A DNA stretch of 63,364 nt, counting the filler, from Octopus bimaculoides (lineage: Eukaryota): the NCBI RefSeq assembly GCF_001194135.2. It is 5 parts of 5 records of this genome, joined end to end, with 100 filler letters (N's around TTAATTAATTAA, not from the genome) between each part and the next. Parts side by side here need not be neighbours in the genome. Positions count along the whole stretch, not along the records: positions 31,769 to 49,669 come from NC_068985.1; 4 more parts are not named here. One strand, given 5' to 3'. Below the pieces are notes generated by a model. The model did no database searches. It was not told the DNA's origin and was given only the letters and a program-made list of their open reading frames with translations. The position numbers were made by a program, and so were the translations under genes. Below, piece after piece: positions 36,548 to 49,620 of this stretch. Position 1 is the stretch's first letter, and every line of letters begins with the position of its first letter.

Positions 36548-36955
36548 TGCGTGGCTGTGTGATGAGAATTTCACTTTCAAACCACTTAGCTCCAGTTTTA
36601 ATTTCCCTTCGTAGAACCTTGGGCAAGTGTCTTCTACTATAGTCACTGGCCGACCAATGCCTTCTGAGTGGATTTGGTAGACGGTAACTGAAAGAAGCCC
36701 ATGTATGCGTGTATGGGTGTGTGAGTGTGTGTGTTGGTGCGTATTTGTGTGTGTTTTTCTGCTTGTCTCCACCACCGCTTGACAATGTCTTGCTTTATTT
36801 ATGTTCCCGTAACGAAGCAGTTCAGCAAAAGAGAACGATGAAATTAGTACCAGGCTTTAAAATAAGTACTGGAGTCGATACGTGTGACTAAAACCTATCA
36901 GCCCCAGCATGGTCGCAGCCCAATGACTGAAACACGCAAAAGTAAAAGTAAAAAA
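36548..36955 (+). mobile_element. SINE family A
   Basis: gtggctgtgtgatgag..accttgggcaagtgtcttctactatag..ccccagcatggtcgcagcccaatgactgaaac. Confidence 0.8.
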
Positions 36956-37868
36956 CTGCTTTATCTCTTGAACTGCAATGATTGCTAAGACCGTTACTTT
37001 GCTTTAGCAAGTTATTGAATAATGGAATGTTTGGTTTTAACAGTGTAAACGGGTGTAGACCTGGTTTTGTAGTGGATAAGTTTATTTTGCAACTTCTTAG
37101 TTTCCAGTTAAGTCTCAAAGCGTGGCACTTTTAGCAAATGCCTTTTACTATAGCTTCCGGTTGACCAATGCCAACGAGTGGAATTAGATTGATGAAAACT
37201 GTGCAGAAAGCGAAAAATACACACACACACACACACACACACGAACATATGAATATATATAAGTGAACATGTGCACGTATGTGTGTGCGTGCATATCTAT
37301 CTATCTATGTGTATATATATATATATATATGTGTATTTATATATGTGCTTGTGTTGGCGGGGGTCTGTCTCTATGTATGTATGTATGTATGTNNNNNNNN
37401 NNNNNNNNNNNNNNNNNNNNNNNNNNNNNNNNNNNNNNNNNNNNNNNNNNNNNNNNNNNNNNNNNNNNNNNNNNNNNNNNNNNNNNNNNNNNNNNNNNNN
37501 NNNNNNNNNNNNNNNNNNNNNNNNNNNNNNNNNNNNNNNNNNNNNNNNNNNNNNNNNNNNNNNNNNNNNNNNNNNNNNNNNNNNNNNNNNNNNNNNNNNN
37601 NNNNNNNNNNNNNNNNNNNNNNNNNNNNNNNNNNNNNNNNNNNNNNNNNNNNNNNNNNNNNNNNNNNNNNNNNNNNNNNNNNNNNNNNNNNNNNNNNNNN
37701 NNNNNNNNNNNNNNNNNNNNNNNNNNNNNNNNNNNNNNNNNNNNNNNNNNNNNNNNNNNNNNNNNNNNNNNNNNNNNNNNNNNNNNNNNNNNNNNNNNNN
37801 NNNNNNNNNNNNNNNNNNNNNNNNNNNNNNNNNNNNNNNNNNNNNNNNNNNNNNNNNNNNNNNNNNNN

Positions 37869-37908
<40 letters not shown>

Positions 37909-38712
37909 AATGTATGCATGTATGTATGTATATATATATGTTTATATATATGTTTTTATATATATATATATATATATGTGTATTTATATATGTGCTTGTG
38001 TTGGCGGGGGTCTGTCTCTATGTATGTATGTATGTATGTGTGTATGTATGTATGTATACATGTGTGTGTGTGTATGTATATGCGAGCAATATGGCCAAAT
38101 GGTTAACAGCCTTGCTTCGCAATAACGAATGCCCCGGGTTTGATACCACAGCATGGCATTTGGGATAATGGTCTATACCTTGCGAGTGAAACATTAAAAT
38201 GTTAAGGCCGAGCGAATCGTATTTCATAATATTTTGTTTCTGACACCAACAAAGAATATTTTCTAGTTTCGTTTATTTATCAATTATTTTTATTTTATAT
38301 TTCCAATTTAAAATTTCAGCAATTTTGTGTTTTTCTGATCGTTTTTGTATCATGAAACATTTTAAAATCGATATCTATCTATTTTTGCAATGTTTTGCTC
38401 TCTCGCTGCATCGTAATATTTTTGGAAATACTTTTTCTTTGTGCGAAATTATGAAATGGTTATCATAATACCCACCTAAATTAGGATATTAATTTGAATT
38501 ACAACTCTTTTTAATTTTCTAATGAAGAAACAAATTAATAATTGTTGATGACGACAATTTTAATCAAGAGTTTATATAAATAATGTATTCAACTAAGCAG
38601 AAATTTAAAAGTGCCAGTAGAAAATAGGTATAGATATATTCACAGGCGCATTTGTGTGTTTGTACATGTGTAAAAGTGTGCTTGTGCACATATAAAAATG
38701 TGTCATATATAC

Positions 38713-38778
<66 letters not shown>

Positions 38779-39324
38779 NNNNNNNNNNNNNNNNNNNNNN
38801 NNNNNNNNNNNNNNNNNNNNNNNNNNNNNNNNNNNNNNNNNNNNNNNNNNNNNNNNNNNNNNNNNNNNNNNNNNNNNNNNNNNNNNNNNNNNNNNNNNNN
38901 NNNNNNNNNNNNNNNNNNNNNNNNNNNNNNNNNNNNNNNNNNNNNNNNNNNNNNNNNNNNNNNNNNNNNNNNNNNNNNNNNNNNNNNNNNNNNNNNNNNN
39001 NNNNNNNNNNNNNNNNNNNNNNNNNNNNNNNNNNNNNNNNNNNNNNNNNNNNNNNNNNNNNNNNNNNNNNNNNNNNNNNNNNNNNNNNNNNNNNNNNNNN
39101 NNNNNNNNNNNNNNNNNNNNNNNNNNNNNNNNNNNNNNNNNNNNNNNNNNNNNNNNNNNNNNNNNNNNNNNNNNNNNNNNNNNNNNNNNNNNNNNNNNNN
39201 NNNNNNNNNNNNNNNNNNNNNNNNNNNNNNNNNNNNNNNNNNNNNNNNNNNNNNNNNNNNNNNNNNNNNNNNNNNNNNNNNNNNNNNNNNNNNNNNNNNN
39301 NNNNNNNNNNNNNNNNNNNNNNNN

Positions 39325-39363
<39 letters not shown>

Positions 39364-39456
39364 GCATATATACATATGTGTGTGTGTGTATACAAATATA
39401 TATATACATATATATACACATATATATACAGATGTACAGATATATATACATACATA

Positions 39457-40103
39457 AGCCTGCAGAATGACCTAAATGCAATATATGAGTGGGCAGAGCA
39501 AAATAATATGCAGTTCAATGCAAAAAAATTTCAAGTACTACGCTACAAGACCACAAGCACCTCCCAACTGGCATACACAGGGCCTGGAGGTACTGCAATC
39601 CCAGAACCACAAACAGTAAGAGATCTGGGCATCAACATGTGTAGTGATGCATCATTTCACATGCACATTGTCAAGTTGACAGCAAAGTGCAGACAACTGG
39701 CAGGGTGGATACTGAGGACATTCCGTACAAGGGATCAAAAAGTCATGTTGACTCTGTGGAAGACATTTGTTCTGAGCCGCCTAGACTATTGCTCTCAGTT
39801 GTGGTCACCACACAGTGTTAAGCGGACAGCAGAACTCGNNNNNNNNNNNNNNNNNNNNNNNNNNNNNNNNNNCACATAAGAACGAGATACTGCAGCAGCC
39901 TCGGTTTCAGAGGACCTCAGCTCTTCAATGCCCTGCCAAAACATTTGAGAGACATGCAAGACATGGATACGGAGGTCTTCAAGACAAAACTTGACACTTT
40001 CCTCTCCACGGTACCAGACGAACCAATGGCTCGTAATGAGACGCAGTTTAGGGCAGCTATGTCAAATTCTCTTATACACCAGATGTGCCATCAAAACTCT
40101 TGA
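39457..40103 (+). mobile_element. CR1-like LINE RT C-terminal fragment, 5'-truncated
   Basis: [62 protein letters not shown], gap, then RGPQLFNALP..FKTKLDTFLSTVPDEP..RAAMSNSL*; classic CR1/L2-group RT tail. Confidence 0.9.
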
Positions 40104-41101
40104 TTGGACCATGTCAGGTGGGGGAGAAGAGCCATGCGAGGAAAGTGAAAATCACGGTGGTGCACCAGCATGACCGCAGCCACTTGGCTGAAACACATAA
40201 ATAAATAAATAAATAAATAAAAATACATACACATATACATATATATGTGTGTGTACATATATGTGTACATGTATGTGTATACATATAAACATGTACACAC
40301 ACATACAAACGCGCATATACATATATAGTGAGCCGAGGTATTTGGGGTTATATAACCTCGATGTTTACGACATGAAGCACTTCAATAGATATCGGGTAAG
40401 AGAAAATTTAACAAATATCATGGAGCAAATAGGCAGATCATTCTAATTCTTCACTTATACTGAGTAACGATGAAATGATTGTAGATGATGTATTAAAATG
40501 ATTTCCCTACTCCGTTCTTTGGTGTGCGTGTGTGTGTGTGTGTGTGCACGGATTTATGTAACAAACGAAAGAACCTTCGTGTTTGGAGGATGTATCATAA
40601 CTACCAAATAAATGGCAATCAAGTGCAGCTCCACTTGAAAAGGGAAGAAATCTCAAGAATCAAGTATACTCCAAAACTGACATGACATTAAGGATAGGCG
40701 TATATTGTTTGGAGATAAGCGGATAACTGTTGGCACGCGCGTCTAGCCCAATAACTGTCGTCAGCACGGCAATTTTCTGACCTTATCTCCCGTAGCCAAA
40801 GGATTAGGAAATATTAATGACCAAGATAATTTGATAATTCAAGCTAAAAGGTGTTAAGGGAAATAACTCAAAGTGGCCAGTGGCGAACGTAATTATGTAT
40901 GGAACTGATGATTCAAGCCACTGATACACAAAGGGTCTTGGTCGATGGAGCCTTTTAAGAGTCAGTAAAATTTGTTGTTTTCGCCTAACAGCTCGCATCA
41001 GGCGAATAAGCTTCTGAATAGCGACCAAGAAAATCGGAAGCTTCATAGTGCTCATGCGTTTGGATGTATGTGTACGCTCGAACGTATGCATGCACACACG
41101 C

Positions 41102-41147
<46 letters not shown>

Positions 41148-41482
41148 ATGTATGTATATATACATACGCGTGTGTGTGAGCGTATGTGTGCGTGTGCGTG
41201 TGTGCGTGTGTGCACGTGCGTCAGTGTAATTGCATAGCTTCATATGGCAGAACATTTTATATGCTCTGCTACATATAAAAGAATATATTGTTTTGTTTTG
41301 TTGTATGCACAGTAAGAACTCGATAAATAATTGTGAAGTAGACTACTTATGTCTTTTCCAAAGTGGTTTATGACCACGAGGTGTCAGTATCTGAGTGAAT
41401 GGGTCATAATGTGGCTGTAAAACTGTTATATAAGTGCGTGCGACCGTGTGCGTGTGCGCGTGTGCGTGTGTGTGTGTGTGTA

Positions 41483-41544
<62 letters not shown>

Positions 41545-41914
41545 NNNNNNNNNNNNNNNNNNNNNNNNNNNNNNNNNNNNNNNNNNNNNNNNNNNNNNNN
41601 NNNNNNNNNNNNNNNNNNNNNNNNNNNNNNNNNNNNNNNNNNNNNNNNNNNNNNNNNNNNNNNNNNNNNNNNNNNNNNNNNNNNNNNNNNNNNNNNNNNN
41701 NNNNNNNNNNNNNNNNNNNNNNNNNNNNNNNNNNNNNNNNNNNNNNNNNNNNNNNNNNNNNNNNNNNNNNNNNNNNNNNNNNNNNNNNNNNNNNNNNNNN
41801 NNNNNNNNNNNNNNNNNNNNNNNNNNNNNNNNNNNNNNNNNNNNNNNNNNNNNNNNNNNNNNNNNNNNNNNNNNNNNNNNNNNNNNNNNNNNNNNNNNNN
41901 NNNNNNNNNNNNNA

Positions 41915-41946
<32 letters not shown>

Positions 41947-42370
41947 GGTGAGAGAGTTGGTATGTAAAAGTACGTGGCTGGATGTATAAAAGACAAAATA
42001 GAGTGAAAAAAACTACAGAATGCTCGTGTTAAAGAATATATTTAAATGGTTATGTTAGAAAAGTGCTATAGAATTTTGCGTATAGTAACATTGTTTTTAG
42101 AGAAATAACCGGTTTCATATTTTCTTTTCGAATTTCTCAAATTTCTTTACCTATATTGTGTCATGTCTTCGCTATGTTGTGAAATATGGAATTCCAGAGA
42201 AGGGAAGGTAATCAGAGATTTTTTCGGTATAAGGGAGATAATAAAAAATGTTGGGAATGACTAGGTTGTATTAATTTAACATGATTTGGTTTAGAAGGAA
42301 TAGAATGTTACAAGTGGTTAGGTTTTGCTTCATAGTTTTTCAATGAGGAGAGTTTCCTTATTTAAAAATG

Positions 42371-42772
42371 TTAGAAATGGCTAAGTTTTGACTTATATTT
42401 TTCAATGAAGTATGTTTCCTTATTTAATCTAACTTTGGTTGGTGTTCCAATGACACGTTGATAGAATGGAAAGATTACAAATTGTGGTGGCAGTTGCTTT
42501 GCGCATTTCTCAATATGTTCACTAAAGGGTATCATTCTGTATTCTGAGAATGCAATGTGCTGTCGGTGCAGAGTGCATCTGCACCTGAGCGATAATCCCG
42601 TGGACCCTATGTCGTTTTGGTGGCAGCCCGAACATCTTATAACATAAATCAGGTTTTCTGAAGCACAAGTAAAGTCAGATTTGATTTTGAATTTTTGTCC
42701 CACTTTGAAAAAGAATTCTGATCCTTTATCTACCTTTGGAAAAATTTTATAACATTTTTCTAACATAACCAT
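42371..42772 (-). mobile_element. Penelope-like element GIY-YIG endonuclease remnant
   Basis: FKIKSDFTCASENLIYVIRCSGCHQNDIGSTGLSLRCRCTLHRQHI..FSEH..C..RLNKETYFIEKYKSKL: PLE CCHH-linked GIY-YIG signature (LIY..C..C...YIG.T...L..R...H). Confidence 0.88.
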
Positions 42773-45216
42773 TTAAATATATTCTTTAACCATATAACAC
42801 GAGACTTCTGTAGTTTTTTCAGTCTATTTTGTCTTATATATATTATTTTGAAGGTATTCTAAATTATGAATAAACCAAAACGAATAAATTTCAATGTGTC
42901 AAGCTTTTCTCCGAAATTTCAATAAAAGTATCTACCTAGATGGATGACATATGACAACAGATTCCAACTCTTTGCAGCTTTAACACACCTTTTTGCGCAC
43001 CTATTTGCACACCAATTTTCACCTTTAACACACCATTTACTTCATTACAAACCTGTTCACCTGTTTGATCATCTAAGGATCGATGGAGCGATACGGTGAT
43101 TCATTTCTTGTATACGTGTTTATATCATACATGAACAAACATATAACAGACCCTACTTAGTTTCGTAACATGGCTGGACAGAGCATTTTTAAGGTTTTTA
43201 AAACACACACACATGTGTGTGTGTGTGTACTTTATTTGGCAATGCTTCAACAAGCAGAAAAGTACTCTATCAGCTAAGAGAGCAAAGATAATCTTATAAT
43301 AAAAATCACAAATCTTGTAAATACAGCTAACCAGGCTTTCCTGGTCGAATTAATAATTTATTCCGCCATTCATACATAAACATATATATAAACATACATA
43401 AACAGATAGATAGACTGACAGATCGGTACATACATACAAGCATACATACATACATACATACATACATACATACATGCATACATACATACATACATACATA
43501 CATACATACATACATACATACATACTTGTAGCGTGGGATGAGAAAGGATGGAAAGAGATGTGTTGCATACTGGTAGATTATATTTTGTCTTCAATAAACC
43601 ACGACTAGATTTATTAAATCCAGCTTTAGAAACTAAAGAATATTCAATAGTTACAATATGGTTCCTCAAACATTTAGTGTTGATTTTTGTTTGTTCATTA
43701 CATACATTTATAACCAAGTGAATTAAGCAATGCTTATTTATCTCAATGCCAATACTAAAGAGACAGCATAACGTTGGAGATAGTATATATATAAAGAGTA
43801 TATTCTTCGATGTGTATACCGCCATCTTAATCAACGGTTTTGCTGCGACTACCACTGCCTTTATAGATTTTTCAAGCGAGAAAGCCTCTAAGTTATTGCT
43901 CAACTTGACAGAAATAGCAACCAGGTCTCCCTCAAATATCAAACAACTGGCTGAAATAAAGAAAGTCATATAAAATAATGTAGTCTTATATATAAATCTA
44001 TTCCATCAAAGTTTAACTGATGCTAAGCAACAACGGTTCAAATTTCTTCAAAGTTGCTGACGTATTCAATTACTCGAATATATGAAAGATTTTCATCGAG
44101 ACGCGTACCACAAAATAAAGGAAACGTGTCATATATTCAAATCTTCTCAACTTCTTTTTATTCGAGTCTTCACAAAATTCTTGAATGTACTTACTCGTAT
44201 TATATCTACTTGAATGTACTTACTTGTATTATATCTACAGTCTCAATATTGTCGTGTTCGCGTGATAAATTTCCAATTTACTCTTATCAGTTTTCTGTTA
44301 CAATGAACTCCTGTCAATGCATTTTGGAAAAAGGTCTTGTTAGGTTATTATTAGTACGAGAAATTTTTTCTGTCAATCGTAGCTGAATTCTTTTTCGCTA
44401 AAATGCGAACGGAAAAACACTGGAAAACATGGTGTTTATCTTTCCCTTAGTTCACAATATGGTTTCTGGCGTTATTCCTGTTGAGTTGTGCAGCCTACGT
44501 ATGACAAGGGAGGGAGAGAGAATGAAGAAGTGTGACGAGTTTGTAGTTTGAATGATATTTGTATTAGATAACATTTGATTTCACGGAATGCTAAATTCTG
44601 GCTAACATCACACGACATTGTAGTGGCCCGAGCGGTTTTTCTTATTTGCCTTTATTTTGACACGTCAAATCCTTTGATACGCACTTTGGACGTACATTGG
44701 CAAAGATTCAAGGCAGATAATTTCAAGCCGTTACCGCAAATATATCGACTGCATTTACGATTAGAGTTTACTACTCACACACTATGATCATCACCATCAC
44801 GACCATAACTACTATTAATGAACACTGATATTACACCTATGCTGTTGCTACTCAGGAGGAAAGAAAATAACTGCAATAAAGCAATACAACTATTATTGGT
44901 TGATGCTTTGAACTGGCCTCCATCTAGGTTTTTTTTTCTTACTTTCCTTACATCCTTCTACTTCTGTTTTAGTAATCATATAACACATATTTACATACAT
45001 ACACACACACGCACGCAATCATTTTCGTACACATGTATACTAGCCACATCATGTGAATTCTATTGCTTTCCGCGGCATTTATAGTTACAACCAACAACAG
45101 ACATACAGCCAATTTGCTATACAGCTAGCGACTTTGAACTACAGCTACTAATACTACTGTTATCACAGATGTTGTTTATTATTCCATTTCCATTATTATT
45201 ATTATTACTATTAAGA

Positions 45217-45887
45217 GGCGGTGAACTGACAGAGTCGTTAGCACGCTGAACTAAATGCTTAGAGGTGTTTCGCCCGTCGCTACGTTCAGAGTTCAAATTC
45301 CGCCGAGGTCGACATTGCCTTGCATCCTTTCGGGGTCGATAAATTAAGTACCAGTGAAACACTGTGGTCGATATAATCGATTAGTCTCATCTCACAAAGT
45401 TCAGGCCTTTTGCCTATAGTAGAAAAATCATTATCATCATCATGAAGGCTGCGAGCTGGCCGAATCGTTGACATGCCGAGCAAAATGCTTAGCGGCATTT
45501 CGTCTGTCGTTACTTTCTGTTCAAATATTGCCGAGGCTGACTTTACCTTATGTCCCTTTTGGGGTCGATAAAATAAGTACCAGTTGAGCACCGGTGTCGA
45601 TGTAGTCGACTAGCTCCCGCGCCCCCAAATTCCACGCCTTATACCTATAGTAGAAAGAAATATTGTTGTTGTTATTATTATTGTTACTGGCGAGCTGGCA
45701 GAATTGTTAGCATGCCGGGTAAAATGCATAACGGTATTTCGTCCGTCCTTACGTTCTGAATTCAAATTCCGCCGAGGTCGACATCTTTTTGGGGTCGATA
45801 AAATAAGTACCAGTTGAGCACTGGGGTCGACATATTCGACTCATCCCCCTACCACGAACTTGCTGGTTTTGTGCCAAAATTTGAAAA

Positions 45888-45890
<3 letters not shown>
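45217..45890 (+). mobile_element. Three head-to-tail SINE family B copies separated by (TTA/CAT)n
   Basis: Copies at about 45217-45425, 45450-45660 and 45690-45890, each with the gaaatgcttag / ttcaaattccgccgaggtcgac / ggggtcgataaa.taagtaccagt core. Confidence 0.88.
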
Positions 45891-45941
<51 letters not shown>

Positions 45942-46625
45942 ATCCTATATTAGTGATCAGTGACATTGTCTTGAGTTTTGGTGGCAAATCTCCACAAATC
46001 TCAAGAATCTTTCTTAGGATTCAAGCAAAAACAGGATTTCACTTTTCTGCAGGTTCGCCATGCGAGTTTCAATTCCCATATCCTTCAAACTCTTAGGTAG
46101 CAGTTTATGTCTTCTGTCAGTGGCACTATTCACCACAGAAATAGTTGTTGTCTTAGTCTTTCACAATCTCTTCATGTCTCTGGCTAATATTTTTACTCAA
46201 CATTTTCACTTTCAAATGTATCTACTATATTATTATCATATGACATTGCGAAGTTTATGATCTTACCTTGTTTGTTTCTTTTGTCCTTTATAATGATATC
46301 CTCTCCTTCTCCTTCCCCTTCCTTTCCTTCTTCTTCATCATCATCTTCTTCTGCTTCGTCTTGCCAGCGTTATGTAGATCCATAATTTTAAATTTGGATT
46401 TCTTTTGTACGAAATACGCAGTGTTGTGTCGGAATAGTTCAATAAATTCTCGTTAAAATACGTTTCAACAAAGTGTAGCTATAAAGATGTCTTTATATCT
46501 ATCTAATGAAAACTTGTGTCGTAAACACCGTTTGCATAAGAACTTCACCTCTGACATCCACATATTACATTTCACATTTGATGAATGAAATTTTATTTCA
46601 CCTTTTTACACCTTCTTAAATCATT

Positions 46626-46703
46626 GTCGACGCAGCTGACTGAAGTTGACAGGACATTAGACTACTGATCGGAAGGTCAACGGTTCGTATTCTGTTGAGA
46701 GCA
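46626..46703 (+). pseudogene. Degenerate tRNA-Arg-like sequence (pseudogene or SINE head)
   Basis: ..gacaggacattaGACTACTGATCGGAAGGTcaacGGTTCGtattctgttgagagca resembles the tRNA-Arg(ACG) anticodon and T arms; acceptor and T stems imperfect; anticodon reads ACT. Confidence 0.4.
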
Positions 46704-48137
46704 CTCCGCTATGTTCTTGGCTAACAAATTATAAATAGATATCATAAGTAGATAGAGCACGCCGTTGTAAAACATTGTTTCGTTAGCTTGTGCAGTTGAA
46801 TTGAAGTCCTTCTTTGAACAGATCTCAGCAATCTCATTTTATTTATATATATTAAGGCCAGCGCTGAGGGTCATGAAAGTTCCATGTTTTACTCTGTGAT
46901 CACAAAGTGACATTGATGACCACAAATGTCATCGAACAACGAAGATAGATGTTGATGTCATATTAACTTAGTCATTGCCGAACAATCGTGATAACATCAA
47001 ATATAAATGCATGACAAACTATGCTAATAACATTGAATATATTCACGATTTATAATAACTCTTGAAGAAGTTGCCTAAGCATCGCTTTAAATAACCAAAT
47101 AAAATAAAATACAATTCGCAAGTAGCATTCACAGAATACTTGGTATCTAGATTGACTAATCAGCTAAACTTGGTCTTTTATAATTCCTGCATGAGGCTCA
47201 GTGAAATACTTACATAACCATATAAACTTGGATCCTTAGAAATCTTCCGTAAGGCACAATAAAATATCTACAGAACCTTTCCATGAAGAAAATGAACTTA
47301 AACACTTATCCAAGAGTTGCTTGTTCAAAACCTTATTAGCCCGGCCATTTTGCTTCTACAAAATATTGTAGCTCAGTGTGAAATGCGGAGATTCTTCTCT
47401 GCTTTTATTTGATTTTCACTATTTGTTGTGTATTTTTATTTTTGTTTTCATCATTAAAGTTCAGACCTGAGGGGGAATATGTCTTGATGTTCTCGTTATC
47501 GATTCATTGAGATAACGAAGAGAAGACAACGTATCAATAAAGAGAAAATTTTTCAAAGATGTTGCCGGGAGTAAAAAGAAAACAGCACACTCAATAGACT
47601 TGTGATGTAGTCATTCTGGAAACGACTATGATGGATTTTGTTTTCCCTTTTTTTTTTTTTTTTTTCACTAGCGGGTATCGAACAGAATTTAGTAGTTACA
47701 CCATTTGACGGAAGAGAATACAATATTATAGAAAGTAGTGTGTAACAGTTGACGTAATGTGGCTCAGTGTGGTGGGGTGGAGTGAAGTATGGCAGGAATG
47801 GTGGGGTGTAGTGGTAATCAGAATTTGTGATACAACGCAGAACTTAGCAAACATTCTTCGTTGAAATACCATCTGATGAATGCCTCTCCGGAGCAAAACT
47901 TGTAGTCATCGAAAAGTAAACAACTTTAANNNNNNNNNNNNNNNNNNNNNNNNNNNNNNNNNNNNNNNNNNNNNNATATATATATAGATATATATATATA
48001 TATATAGACGTAGATATGCGATTAAGAACGTCTCACCGAAACCATATATTTTCAGGTTCAATGCCAACGCACAGAAACTGAACGTTTTCTATCATGTGTG
48101 CGTTTGTGCATGTATATGTCTATCTCTCACTCACTTG

Positions 48138-48206
<69 letters not shown>

Positions 48207-48408
48207 CTTCTCTCTCTAATTCTACATATTCAGTTGTAATGTCACACTGCTGGACAAAAGATTTTTGTTTGTTTGCACGCCGAAACTTGGCGATTTCGCA
48301 AAACCGAATAACTGCCAAACATAAAAATAAGTACTGAGATCGATTTTAATTACTAAACCCTCCGAAGTGGTACGCGTTCCAAGTCTGAAAAAGGTGCGGG
48401 TGTTCATT

Positions 48409-48440
<32 letters not shown>

Positions 48441-48639
48441 TGCCTGTGTTAGAATGGTGGCGGGTGATGAAGGAAAATGTTCTCTATGTGGCCTGTGTTT
48501 TCTGTACTCTGGTTATTGTTATTTTTTTGACTGCGTTTTGTTTGCAATGTCCTGTACCCAGATATGCACCTATATATATACAGGTAGATGTAGGTATGCA
48601 CATACTTGTACGTATATATGCATATACTCATTTATTATT

Positions 48640-48683
<44 letters not shown>

Positions 48684-48820
48684 NNNNNNNNNNNNNNNNN
48701 NNNNNNNNNNNNNNNNNNNNNNNNNNNNNNNNNNNNNNNNNNNNNNNNNNNNNNNNNNNNNNNNNNNNNNNNNNNNNNNNNNNNNNNNNNNNNNNNNNNN
48801 NNNNNNNNNNNNNNNNNNNN

Positions 48821-48876
<56 letters not shown>

Positions 48877-48890
48877 GTCACTAAGGTGAC

Positions 48891-49265
48891 TTAGGTATTA
48901 GTCAGCACCAGCATTGCTAGAAATAAGAGTCAGAACAACTCTTAGCCACGGGGAGGCACTTATCTAATAAATGATAAGGAAGACAATCCCCCTACAGCAA
49001 TCGAGACAGAGCCAGATCATCGATGATTTGGGATGTGAATAATCCTCATCAACGACTCCCACCCGATTGCCGAGGGTCAAAGCTAACTCGCTTGTCAGTT
49101 TATAGTAAATACCGTAGGAATCAGAGGCTGATTCCATAAATGGCAAAAAGTGAAAATTATAAATTATTAAGTTGGCTTATTCGCAATTAGATAAGTGCTT
49201 CACCGTGGCTAAGAGTTGTTCTGACTCTTATTTCTAGCAATGCTGATGCTGACTCGCACCCTTAA
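48891..49265. mobile_element. MITE with 69-bp TIRs (Kolobok-like TTAA/GG end on the right)
   Basis: 48900-48968 and 49186-49254 are reverse complements with 3 mismatches; right end ..gactcgcaccc|TTAA, left end degenerate tta|ggtattagtcagc. Confidence 0.8.
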
Positions 49266-49342
49266 TCCCCTTAGTGAAGACTATACTTGTGCCTTTTGGT
49301 TGTAAATTGCGAATAAGCCATCTTAATGATCTATATGTGTGG

Positions 49343-49620
49343 AGGAGGCGCAATGGCCCAGTGGTTAGGCCAGCGGACTCGCGGTCGGAGGATCGCGGTT
49401 TCGATTCCCAGACCGGGCGTTGTGTGTGTTTATTGAACGAAAACACCTAAAGTTCCACGAGGCTCCGGTAGGGGGTGGGTGGCGACCCTGTTGTACTCTT
49501 TCACCCCAGCTTTCTCTCACTCTTTCTTCCTGTTTCTTGAGTAAAAAGCTGCGATGCACTGGCGTCCCCTCCAGTTAAGGGGGAACACACACGCCATGGA
49601 AACTGAGAAACCAGTCCTAT
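49343..49620 (+). mobile_element. SINE family C head and core with variant tail
   Basis: ggaggcgcaatggcccagtggttaggccagcggactcgcggtc..cgcggtttcgattcccagaccgggcgttgtg..gaaaacacctaaag; CpG-rich, so probably young. Confidence 0.85.

Noticed and set aside
37315-38040. Same unique 45-mer (atgtgcttgtgttggcggggg tctgtctc) on both sides of a gap
   Set aside because: Most simply an unresolved contig overlap at a microsatellite gap; cannot be told from a real duplication without reads.
44200-44240. Short tandem duplications (29 bp x2 here; 13 bp x3 at about 52990; 20 bp x2 at about 35620)
   Set aside because: Ordinary slippage products with no further structure.
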